Shown: positions 1 through 10,800 of the stretch, piece by piece
Layout of the letters: every line of letters begins with the position of its first letter
Numbering within the stretch: position 1 is the stretch's first letter
Source of the DNA: Felis catus
Lineage: Eukaryota
Reading direction: 5' to 3'
DNA length: 64,000 nucleotides
NCBI RefSeq assembly: GCF_018350175.1
Contig: NC_058368.1
Span: 7,192,001-7,256,000 of the forward strand
Program-made: the position numbers and the translations under genes
The notes under the pieces: generated by a model
Told to the model about the DNA's origin: nothing
Databases searched by the model: none
The model's input: the letters and a program-made list of their open reading frames with translations, nothing else

Positions 1-1409
1 ACACACGCAGCATGCAACGTCACAAGGAGACACAACTGTGCCTTCCACAGTTGAATTTCTGAGTGAGGAGAGGCGGAGAGGGGTCTTCGCCCCTTGTGCG
101 TCTTTCTTAGCAATTGTTTACGTTCTTTTCGTTCTTATCCCTCTTAGTTTTCTTGTAACCACCAGCGCCCTGACTCGTCTAATTGTGAACTTTCTCCCTA
201 GGCCTACATCTTATGAAGATGAGATCTGTGCCCCCCACCCCTGCCCTCCACCGAAGCAGGTAGGTTTGGATTTGGTGGGAAGGAGTCAAAATCGAGCGTC
301 CGGAGCCGAAGCATCCCTAAAGTCCCTTCTCAGCGACGGGACCAGGCATGGAGGTAGGAACAGAGGTGGACGGAGGGAGGGTGCAGACGCCGGCATCCTG
401 AGCCTATATCTCCACTGCAGGTGTCTCGAATGGGGAGGGACTGCCTGGCCGGAGGAGGTACACCAGGCAAGTTACTTTACTTAATTCTACATCTACAAAA
501 CGGGAACGAGAATACTCACTTTGCAGGGTTTGGTTTGCTCTGGGTCGGTCGGCCAGACTCCACTTCTCTCTTCTTTTCCAGCTCAGTGTCCGTGGAGGAC
601 GCTCAACTTGGCTGAACACGTTTCTTGGTTGTCAAACAAGGGGACCCATCTTGGTGCAAGGTCTCTGGCGGGGCTAACGACCACGTGCTAGATTATTTAC
701 CTGAGTCCGGCTTTCAGGGGAGTAACACGCGGACTGAGGTGCGGTTAATCATTCGCTAAATAGCTTAGTTTTTATTTCAGAGAAACACCCACTGCTCAGG
801 GTGCATATGAGAAAGGTTTGCATCGTATGAATTATTTTCCCATTTGAAACCCAGAATCTCGCTCAAATGGCTTTCCAACCCATATTGTACTGAAGTATCC
901 TGTTTGTTCCATTAACTATTCACAGAGTCAACTGGGGAACCGTTGTTATTAATTTCAATGGAAAGCTAAAATGCGGTTCATTTTCTATAATTGCAGGCCC
1001 ACGGTCTAAAGAGCCAGCAAAAGCTTTTAATCTGAGGCATTTTTAGAGGAGTATGATCAGAATTACATTGGACATCTTTTGAAGGTACGTAATTATGAAA
1101 ACCTCAATAACACTGACATTCAAAGAGCCCTATACCGTAGAGGCTCAACTCCCATACGGTGCACGGGCAAGCTGGGTTCCTGTTGGTTACTCATGATGGA
1201 GAAACGCCCGTGGGAAGGTCGACGATGTCTGCGCACGTTGCTTTTCTGGTGTATTCGAGCTATGTGAGCTCCTCATACCACACGGGAGGGGGAGGGGACA
1301 TACCCACCCCCCTTCTATCCGTAAAACGAAGTTCCTAGCTTCAGAGAGCCCGCGCTGGGCAGGGGGCTGCAAACACGGGGGAGGAAGTGAGGGTGGGCAC
1401 TCCCTCCAG

Positions 1410-1422
1410 CCACCAGAGGGCG
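1410..1422 (+). promoter_or_regulatory. CTCF-like motif
   Basis: CCACCAGAGGGCG closely matches the CTCF core CCASYAGRKGGC. Confidence 0.5.
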
Positions 1423-1527
1423 TGAGAAGGCGACACAGTTAATCCTGGGATGCTGATGCTCCCTAAACCGGTTCCTCCACTTGCTGCTGTCCCCCAGACT
1501 ACTCAGGAGTCACACGTTTGGTCAAGG

Positions 1528-1594
1528 CTGTTGGTCACAATTCCTGTTGGTCACAATTCCATCCTGTTGGTCATCCTGTTGGTCACAATTCCAT
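1528..1594. repeat. Short tandem repeat of (c)ctgttggtcacaattc
   Basis: Four copies of ctgttggtca, three of them extended with caattcc. Confidence 0.85.
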
Positions 1595-1898
1595 GACGAT
1601 GGGGCCCCACACCTTCTCTTGCCCCTATCGAGAAGGACAGTAACGGAAAGAAGGGGAGGGACCCCGAGCAGCCACCATGAGCCACCTCTGCCCCCAGGCA
1701 ACTCAAACACCATCACCACCACGACATGGGTGGCTCAGAGGCTGTGGGAGACCAGGTGCAAGAGAGACGTCGGCTTCCATTCGAAACTGAAAACCACTGT
1801 ACAAACGCACCTGCCAGCCCTCGCTGCTGAGCAAGGGGACTACAGGGCTGAAAGAGGCGCATCAGCCCTGTTTCGGGTCAGCGCGGACTTAAAAAAAA

Positions 1899-2099
1899 TT
1901 TTTTTTTAATGTTTATTTATTTTTGAGACAGAGAGACAGGGAGCACGAGCAGGGGAGGGGCAGAGAGAGAGGGAGACACAGAATGGGAAGCAGGCTCCGG
2001 GCTCCAAGCTGTCAGCACAGACCCCGACGCGGGGCTCGAACGCGTGAACCGTGAGACTATGACCTGAGCCCAAGTGGGACTGAGCCACCCAGGCGCCCC
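1899..2099 (-). mobile_element. Can-SINE (SINEC_Fc-type)
   Basis: polyT, (GA)n, SINE body, ends ccacccaggcgcccc. Confidence 0.92.
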
Positions 2100-2308
2100 A
2101 GCCTTAGTCTGTGAATCAGACTAAGGAACCTGGGCTTTATTCAGAGGGCCACGGGGAGCCAGAGCGGTTCTAGAGCAGGAGGGTGACATGGTCAGATGCC
2201 TGATTGAGGAGGCCCGCCCCAGGCCCTTGTTGTCATCACAGCTGGGTGGGGCAGAAGGGACAGCTTAACCACCGCGATGCTGGGAGTTCGTGAAACAAAC
2301 ATGCACTT

Positions 2309-2523
2309 GGGGCGCCTGGGTGGCGCAGTCAGTTAAGCGTCCGACTTCAGCCAGGTCACGATCTCGCGGTCCGTGAGTTTGAGCCCCGCGTCGGGCTCTG
2401 GGCTGATGGCTCGGAGCCTGGAGCCTGTTTCCGATTCCGTGTCTCCCTCTCTCTCTGCCCCTCCCCTGTTCATGCTCTGTCTCTCTCTGTCCCAAAAATA
2501 AATAAACGTTGAAAAAAAAAAAA
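2309..2523 (+). mobile_element. Young Can-SINE (SINEC_Fc) with TSD
   Basis: ggggcgcctgggtggcgcagtc head, (CT)n, A tail, CpG-rich. TSD aaacaaacatgcac. Confidence 0.95.
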
Positions 2524-3071
2524 GAAACAAACAAACATGCACGCCCCACGGGTGCCCCTTGCTCCCCGCCCCGTCCCTAGGGGGCCACCCTTGGCAGTCT
2601 CTTTCGAAGGCGGGGAGGAAAAAATTAGAATTCTATTCGTTTTTTCCTAAAACAAACAAACAAAAACTTTGCAAGTAGTTAAAACACTGATGGGTGCTGG
2701 CACCCTCATCCACTGTGGCAAGCTCACAGGTCGTGTGGTTGGCCAGAAAAGCCAGTAAAAAGAGAGGGTGGTCCTCCAAGAAGGGTGTCGGGGGGAACCC
2801 TCACAGCTCCACTCATTTTCAGTTGCGTTGTGACTCATCGCAGTGTGTGTGGGTCTGGTTAAGTGGACGTAGGATTCTATTCTTTGAGGTTAGCTGTACT
2901 GAACCTTGAAGAAACGGACGGGTGGCTTTAAAGAGATCACTGCGAAGAAACTGCAGATTGACGACATCAGTACTGAAAGCAGACGTGGACACAAAGTGAC
3001 AGCGGAGACCCCTGCTTCTCCGGGGGCGAACCCTCATCATCCAGCCGGCAGGGAAGGCAGCCGGGCCCTCA

Positions 3072-3084
3072 GGCCACCTGGCGG
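3072..3084 (-). promoter_or_regulatory. CTCF-like motif
   Basis: Minus strand reads CCGCCAGGTGGCC. Confidence 0.4.
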
Positions 3085-3172
3085 TCCCAGGCCACCAGCA
3101 TTTATTTTTGAAAAGCCCACAAACCCGTCATTTCAAGAGAAAGATGCTTTAATGATCAGTGGGAACAGAATT

Positions 3173-3411
3173 CTTTTTCTTTTAATGTTTACTTGCTTAT
3201 TTTCAGAGAGAAAGAGCGTGCCTGTGCACCTGTATGCGGGCGAGCGGGAGAGGGGCAGAGAGAGAGCAAGGGCGAGCGAGCGAGCGAGCGAGAGAATCCC
3301 AAGCAGGCTCCTGGCCGTCAGTGCAGGGTTCCATCTTGCAAACTGTGAGATCGTGACCTGAGCAGAAATCAAGAGTCGGATGCCTACCCGACTGAGCCAC
3401 CCAGGCACCCC
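3173..3411 (-). mobile_element. Can-SINE (older subfamily)
   Basis: Reverse SINE ending ccacccaggcacccc. Confidence 0.88.
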
Positions 3412-3657
3412 AAATTCTCTTTTTTTCCCTAGAAGAAACATATGCTACTGACACAGCCTTTTGAAAATGGGATGTTTGCAAATGTCTTCCTGTTAGGGCG
3501 TTTTTGTTGGCGAAAGAAAGGTTAGATTTACAGTTGTAAACTTCAAAAACTCTCACACTCTACTCTTTGAGTGGAAGCAGAATTTTCTAATTATGTGAAA
3601 ATCAACCCTCTCTTCTTACAGTATTTTGAAACCACTTGTCAAAGATCTAAAATTGCA

Positions 3658-3875
3658 GGGCACTTGGGTGGCTCAGTCGGTTAAGCATCCGACTTCGGCT
3701 CAAGGTCATGATCTCGTGGTTTGTGAGTTCCAGCCCCGCGTCGGGCTCTGGGCTGACAGCTCGGAGCCCGGAGCCTCCTTCCAATTCTGTGTCTCCCTCT
3801 CTCTCTGCCCCTCCCCGATCGTGCTCTGTCTCTCTGTCTCTCAAAAATAAATAAATGTTAAAAAAAATTTTTTTA
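3658..3875 (+). mobile_element. Can-SINE
   Basis: gggcacttgggtggctcagtcggttaagc head, (CT)n, A-rich tail. Confidence 0.92.
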
Positions 3876-4160
3876 AACGTCAAATGGAAAGAACTCTTAG
3901 CATGCAAAACTGGACCGACATCAGAGAGGGTGGAAATTTGCAGTTACATTGAAGCAACACCGTGTATCATTGGTGGATGGACACAGACGTGAGTATGGGG
4001 AGAAACCAGTCTCAGAGACGTATGATAGCCAAGAACCAACATAAGTGAAATTCCAGAACCAATTCTTCTCAATACTGTATCACCAATTACAAAAGTAGGT
4101 TGGGGGGGGGGGGGGGAGAAAGAGTGATGTATATCCAGTCAGATTGCATTCACTAAAAAT

Positions 4161-4389
4161 TATTTTTTTTTTTTTTTAATTTTTTTTAACATTTATTTAT
4201 TTTTGAGACAGAGAGAGACAGAGCATGAATGGGGAGGGTCAGAGAGAGAGGGAGACACAGAATCTGAAACAGGCTCCAGGCTCTGAGCGGTCAGCACAGA
4301 GCCCAACGCGGGGCTCGAACTCATGGACCGTGAGATCATGACCTGAGCCGAAGTCGGACGCTTAACTGACTGAGCCACCCAGGCGCCCC
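4161..4389 (-). mobile_element. Can-SINE
   Basis: Long polyT, SINE body, flanked by ctaaaaattatt TSD. An older plus-strand SINE fragment follows at ~4412-4520. Confidence 0.92.
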
Positions 4390-5335
4390 TAAAAATTATT
4401 AATAAATACTTTAGCTCAGTTGGTGGACTCCATGACTCTTGATCTCGGGGTGGTGAGTTTGAGTCCCATATGGGGCATGAGGTTACTTTAAAAAATTAAA
4501 GTAAAAAATAAATAAATGCTTCAGTGGGAGAAAACATTTTTTATACTTCTAATAAACTAAAGCCATTTAATTGTTTCTTTCTTGGTTTTCTTCTATTTTC
4601 CCATTCTGTCTTACAACAAGTGTCTGTATTAGCTGAGTCATATCTATATTAATAGACGGATGTCCGTATATTGGCGGGGTGAATCATCCTAACTCTTTCC
4701 TGGGGGGGGGGTGCACCCTCCTAAAAGTCTGGAGAAACCTGCTCTGATGAGCAAGCACGGCTTGTGTCCCTTGTGGTCTCCCTCCCGCAGGCCTGCCTGA
4801 CCCCAGGGCACAGCAGCCCCAGAGAAGTGTTATGCAGGATACCCCCTCTCCCCAACCTCCGCCCCCCTGCTCTCCTTTGCGTGGCGGAAGAATCTTGGGT
4901 GCCTGTCTGGGATCAGCGAGGAGTGCTCGCAGCTAGGGAGGAACTTGGACATTTTTGCATGGAGAAGGTTGTCCTGGACACAGATAGCCGGGAAGAGGCG
5001 TGAAGGCGAATGGGCCACGCAGGGCCACGAGGGATGAGCCGTTGGTACAGCCCCTCCATTCGGCACATCACAGGAAGACGAAGCGGGGAGGAGGGGGTCG
5101 GGGGTCAGTGGGAGCAGGTGTGGGAAGGGCAGGGAGGCCACGGCTGCAAAAGGGGACCTGGATGGCACGCCTCTCTCAGCAGGCGCATCACCTGCAAAGG
5201 CTGGGGCACCGATCTGTGCCTTCCCTGGGGCAGCCACCTTGGAGGACTGAGCAACAGCAGAGCCTTGGCCTAGCCTCAGTTTCTCCAAGTACTTTTGCCC
5301 AGGTGAGGCTTCCACAAGCGAGAACGTATGGTACA

Positions 5336-5562
5336 AGAAAGAAAGAAAGAGAGAGAGAGAAAGAGAGAAAGAAAGAGAGAAAGAAAGAGAGAAAGAAAGA
5401 AGGAAAGAAAGAAAGAAGGAAAGAAAGAAAGGAAGAAAGAAGGAAAGAAGGAAATAAAAGAAAGAGAGAAAGAGAAAGAAAGAAAGAAAGAAAGAAGAAA
5501 GAAAGAAAGAAAGAAAGGAAGAAAGAAAGAAGGAAAGAAGGAAATGAAAGAAAGAGAGAAAG

Positions 5563-5601
<39 letters not shown>

Positions 5602-5630
5602 AGGAAAGAAAGAAAAGATAAAAAGAGAAG
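5336..5630. repeat. Complex (GAAA)n purine microsatellite
   Basis: ~290 bp almost purely A/G: GAAA, GAGA and GGAA units. Confidence 0.97.
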
Positions 5631-7639
5631 CAAAGCCCAGGTGGGGCGCTAACGTGGGCCTTCCCTGGGGGCGGGGCCTGAGGAGCCTGAGAGGTGGCGG
5701 GAGCCCTGGGGGTGGTGTAAGAGGAGCACCTGGGGGGGGGGGGAGGGGAAGTGAGTGGCCCCCCAGGGCTGGGGTGGGGGGATCCGATATGAGAGAGAAG
5801 AGAGAAGGATGGAAATCAAGGAACCAGGGGCTCCGCGTGTCCCCAGGGTGGGGGGGGGGGGAGCGGAAGTGCACAGTCAGACCCTTGAAATTCAGCCACA
5901 AACGAAAACCCAGCCAAAGCGCAACAGAAAAGAGCTGTGGGAAAGAGATCCAGGAGACAAAGAGGGTGTGGTTCAAAGCCGTGTGGTTTTCGGGCTGGGG
6001 AAGCAAACAAGAAACAGAAGGAGCAAAGAAAGCCAGGACGGGAGCGGAGGAAATGAGAATGGGCACAAGACAGAGACAGAGAGGAAGGGCTGGGGGGTGG
6101 GGGGCCGCGGGTGGGAAACCCTGGCTGGGGATTCTCTCATTAGCTGGGGGCTTTGCTTAGACTGAGCTGTGTCAGTCTCTCCCGCGTGCATCCACAGACC
6201 TCCCCGTGCGAGGCCTTGTGGGGGTGCCAGCGGCCAAGACCGGCACTGACCCTGACCGCAGTGGGGTCTACACAGGTGGGCTAAGCAGGGGGTCTGCCCG
6301 TTCCTGGCGGGATCACCCTGAACCTTCCCGGAGAAAGCCATGCTTCTTAGAGCCCCGGAGGCCCGGCGCCCAGGGAACCCAGACCTGCAGGAGGGCGGCC
6401 GGGCTGGTGGCACCTTTGGAGAACGGGCATTTTTGTCAACGATCCGTGATGTTTCTAAGAAGTCCTTTCTTCTGAACGATAGGAAATCCCATCCATTAGG
6501 TTACATGAAAATAATCACGCGCCGAATACGGTTCTTATCGTCAAGTAACTGGGACAGATCGTACATTCTTCCCAGGGGGGCAGGAACCGGCCGGGAAGAA
6601 GCTGATTGATTCCACTCAGGGCCCGACCCCCCCGGGTCTCCGGTTCAGTCTTCCCCTTGCCGCCCGGCCACGTCAGATGTCAGATGGTGACAAGGGCAAC
6701 ATGACCAACGGGGAGGCAGCTGTCAGACAGGAAGACAAAGGCAAAGGCAGGGTCAGAAGAGACATTTCTGCTCCCTGGTGGGTGCTCGCACCCCAAATCC
6801 CAGGGGTCACCCCGTGCTCTGGGATCCGGCGTGGCCCCTCTGTGCCTCAGTTGTGGAACCGGCTGTAGTATTCACCTTGAAAGCCTGGGAGGAGTGAGCG
6901 GACACACATGTGAAAAGTGCTCGGCATAGGCTCGACTTTCCATAGATGTTAGTTGTAATTTCACTCAACCGCAGAAACCAAAGAAACCGTTTCGGGTTGA
7001 GACGCTGTAGTTACCGGAGTTCTCTGAATCACTTACTGAATTTCAATGTCAAGTTCTCAGCCTACGGCCTCTGAGTCCTCAAGTGCACTTGAGAAATGCT
7101 GCCGAGATATGTCATGCCGGATCCAAGAGCAGGAACTGAGACGGCCCCTCCGATGCAGTTCCCTGTTTAGAAATTAAAATGGAAGCTTGAAAGTAAATAG
7201 CTCGGATGAGAGGATGGCTGGAATAAGCCGGTATGCTATTAGGAACCAAGAATGTCCGTCTTTTTCAAAGTCAAGGGTAAGGGTAAACCAGCACACAGAT
7301 TGTAAACAGTCTGCAACCTTGCAGAGTGCCTACTCGCTAGGAATGTTAACTCCTGGTCCCTCCAAAGGCCCAACAGGGGACAGTGACGTTATTCCCTTTC
7401 ATCGGAGTCGGACACCGTAAACCTCCCAAGGGACAGGGCTGGCCTACTCCTTTCCGTTCGTTGAGTGAAGATGGCCTGTTGCAAAGCACCCCTCCTGGGA
7501 AAGGTAGCTTACGGAGGAGGAAGGCAGTCCTTTCCCCAGCTTCCCACACAAGTCGTGTGGCCAGGGCACCGATGGAGCGTGCTGAGGGTAGGGTCCGGGC
7601 GGAGGCGGCGGGTGGGGACGCCGGGCTGCGGGCTCTGGT

Positions 7640-7830
7640 TTCTGGTGCGTAATTTGCCGTTTGCCAGTTACGTGCAAGCGGGTAAGTCCCTTAACCTCAG
7701 TTTCTCTTCATCTGTCAAACGGGAGCCGTCTACGTATACCTAATACGTCTCCTAAGGTTGTCATGAGGCTCGAATGACAAATTGCTAGTCAACGCCACAC
7801 GTGGGAAAGTCAAGTGCTGCTGTCGGAACG
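7640..7830 (+). mobile_element. MIR relic
   Basis: gggtaagtcccttaacctcagtttctcttcatctgtcaaacggg...ggttgtcatgagg resembles the MIR core. Confidence 0.7.
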
Positions 7831-8079
7831 TAGTTAGACGAACGCCCGGTGCTGTCGACGGTGGCCATCTGTCACCTGCACAGAGAAAAGGTAGCAAATT
7901 TGCCTGAATGGGCACCACGGTAGATAAGCGGCAATAAACCACATTCTCGTGCCTCCTGTAGAGGCTCGTACCGACATCAGGCCACGGAGGCCTGGCTCGT
8001 GATGGCCTTTTTTCCCACTTCCGCGCTGTTTTGTTGGTTTCTCGCGATTGTTACCCCGCTGCGGAACCCGTTCTCTTGT

Positions 8080-8288
8080 CTTTTTTTCTTTTTCTCTTTC
8101 TGTTTTTGAGAGAGGGTGCCAGCAGGGGAGGGGCAGAGAGAGAGAGAGAGAGATTGGGAGAGAGGGAATCCGAAGCGGCCTCCGGGCTGGCAGCTCAGAG
8201 CCCGACGCGGGGCTCGAACTCACGGACCGCGAGATCGTGACCTGGGCCGAAGTTGGCCGCTGCACCGACAGAGCCACCCGGGCGCCCC
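8080..8288 (-). mobile_element. Can-SINE
   Basis: polyT/(GA)n and SINE body ending ccacccgggcgcccc. Confidence 0.88.
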
Positions 8289-8900
8289 GGAATCCATGGT
8301 CTTCAGAGTCACCCACGGTGTGACCCAGGGGTCCTCCCCAGCCCTGCTCTGCGACTTCCGACACTGAGCGGCAACCGGCAAGCGTCGCACCGCACCTCGG
8401 GCCGCCAGGCGCGTGGGAGGCTGAACGGCCAGACCCCCAAGGAGCTCGCGGCCACCGAGGGGCACGGCCGGCGCAGGCTGCGGTTGGGGGTGGACGGCAG
8501 CGTCAGAAAAGCAAGCGCAGCAGAGGGGCAGACAGGGCCGGGAGTGGCGGGGGAGCGAAGGACTTGGAAGAGCGGGGCGGGGGAGCCCGGCGGCCGCTGG
8601 CACCGGGGCTGGGCCGGGAAGGACTAGCAGGGCTCAGCCTGGCCGGGACCAGGCATTCCTGGAGGGGTGGCACAGCATGAGCGGCAGCCCGGCCCCGGGA
8701 AAGCTGGGGACCGTGCCTGGGGAAACCGAGTCACTTACGCGATTAAGGCGCGCGACCCAACCTGCCGACGGGTGCACCGTGTTGGGGAAAACGCGCGCGA
8801 TGTTGAGAGGAGACAGAAGCTTGGGTGCAGAGGAGGCTCTGAAAGCAGGGAGCTCCCTCACTCTCGATAACCCCGGGCGGGTGTAGCCGGCGTCTCTGTG
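8190..8900. promoter_or_regulatory. CpG-island-like intergenic segment
   Basis: Very GC-rich with dense CpG (cgcgcg, gcggccgc, ggggcgggg GC boxes). Confidence 0.5.
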
Positions 8901-8984
8901 TCCACACGGCACTACAGCCCGTGGAGCACGATGGGTCAGCCGCTTTACGTGCACAGTCTCTACAGCGTGCAGCCCCCTAGCGAG

Positions 8985-9115
8985 GTAAGCGTCTTCTCGT
9001 TTGCTAGATGAGAAAACTGAGGATCTGAGGTGCAATGCAGTGCTTCGGGTCTCTGACGCCGATAAGTGGCAAACGCAGACCCGGCCTGTTGGGTTCTATC
9101 CACTGTGACCCAGCA
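8985..9115 (-). mobile_element. MIR relic
   Basis: tagatgagaaaactgagg...taagtggc...cagacccggcctg resembles reverse MIR. Confidence 0.55.
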
Positions 9116-9148
9116 GGCCTCCCTCTAAATTAGTAGCATGTGCGCCCC

Positions 9149-9370
9149 GGGGTGCCGGGGGCTCAGTCGATTAAGCATCCCCGACTTCAGCTCAGGTCAC
9201 GATCTCGCGGCCCGTGAGTTCGAGCCCCACGTCGGGCTCCGGGCTGACAGCTCGGAGCCCGGAGCCTGCTTCGGATCCTGTGTCTCCCTCTCTCTCTGTC
9301 CCTCCCCTGCTCATGCTCTGTCTCTCTGTCTCACAAATAAACGTTAAAAAAAAATGAAAAAATAAATTCT
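9149..9370 (+). mobile_element. Can-SINE
   Basis: SINE body, (CT)n, aataaacgttaaaaaa tail. Confidence 0.9.
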
Positions 9371-9519
9371 TTATCATGTGCGTCCCAGCAGGTATCAGTG
9401 CTTTTGTTGCAGAGCCGTGGGAAGAGAGTGGCGGAGGTCCAGCCAGCATGCCCAGGGCCCATGACAGCGGCACAGCCATCCTAGGTGAGTGATCACCATC
9501 AAATGTGACCCGACAGTCT

Positions 9520-9820
9520 CTAAACAACCGACACGGAGCACCGAGCTGTGTGCCTCCTGTCACACCTCCCCAGAGAGGCCCTCCCTGACCACCTCCCTCC
9601 TACGGCTCGTTTCTGTCTTCCGTTCACCTGGGTTTTCTCTCTTCACAACATTTATCGCCGTCTAACAGCATATCGTTTCTTCATTTTATTGTTCATTCTT
9701 CCCCTCCTTAGAATGTAAGCTGAGGGAGAGCCAACAAGTTTGTCTTGGTAACTGATGGATCCCGAGCACGGAAAACAGTGCCTGGCCTGTAGCACATGCT
9801 AAATAAACATTCCCTGAGCA
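9520..9820 (+). mobile_element. L2 3' end relic
   Basis: cacctccccagagaggccctccctgacc...agaatgtaagc...aacagtgcctggc...atgctaaataaacat. Confidence 0.7.
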
Positions 9821-10562
9821 AGAGGGAAAAAAAAGTATCAGTATTTCACGCATCGTGCCGGCCTGATATTCATTTAGATATTAGAGATAACAAACGAAGA
9901 GATCTTCCCCCTCTGCCAGGCTTCTGCAGTCTAGCTGGGAGGAAAGGCAGGGACAAAATGTCACCCAAAGCAATCGTTGACAATTACATTGTCAATTAAT
10001 TGTCAATTACATTGACAATTACAAATGGAGTAGTGAGGTCCCAGTCGTGGAAGCATTCAAGCAGGGGCTGGAGAGGAGACAGAAGCGATCCCCATATCAG
10101 AAAAACCTGGATAAGGGCTTTCCGACTCTAAGGTTCCATGATTTGGGGTCGTTGGGGGAAAAGGCTCTAGGGTGTGGGGACTTGCGTGATACAAGGACAT
10201 GGTATCCTTTGGGATGACTTACAGGTGAGAGGATATGAGAACTCATTTTCCTTAAACATTCACTAACTCCTCAGGGTGAGCTTTGCTGCTGTGGGCACCC
10301 ACCTCTGTGCCCGGCCCTCACCCTACATCAGCGCGGGCTGGGACCCCCGGGGGCAGGAGGATAGCCTGCACTGTCAAGGGCCAGGCAAGACCCGGAGGGT
10401 TGCACGGAAGGGAGGGTGCAAATCTGCAAAACCGCTCTGGGGTGCCCTTCCCTGGGAGGTCTGGCGGTGGGAGGGTCGCCGTCCTGGGTTGTGACTCAAC
10501 CCATCCCATCATCGGAGACGTTCTGGCAGAGTTGTGGGTGAGACAAAATTTTCTCTCTTTCC

Positions 10563-10800
10563 TTTTTTTTTTTTTTTAATGTTTATTTTGAGAGAGAGAG
10601 ACAGAGATAGAGACAGAGACAGAGACAGAGAGAGTGCGAGCAGGGGAGGGGCAGAGAGACAGAGAGGAAGAGATAGAATCCCAAGCAGCCTCCTGACGGT
10701 CAGCACAGAGCCCAGCGGAGGTCACGATCTCCCAGCTCGTGAACTGACTCATGACCCGAGCCGAAATCATGAACCGACCAAGCCCCCCCCGGGCGCCCCC
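10563..10800 (-). mobile_element. Can-SINE
   Basis: polyT, (GAGACA)n, SINE body ending gggcgccccc. Confidence 0.85.

Noticed and set aside
680..757. E-box CACGTG and HNF1-like GTTAATCATT
   Set aside because: Short motifs expected by chance, and no supporting evidence is visible from sequence alone.
2309..2400. tRNA-like A/B box sequences in many places
   Set aside because: All are heads of tRNA-derived Can-SINEs, not tRNA genes.
3860..3876. A-run/T-run palindromes at SINE ends (also ~1891, 24647, 27316, 43968, 63981)
   Set aside because: A recurrent feature of the felid SINE tail itself, not an independent element.
4830..6165. Long ORFs of 267-386 aa on both strands
   Set aside because: They are low-complexity translations (KERK, FLSF) of the GAAA repeat and G-rich flank, with no protein features.
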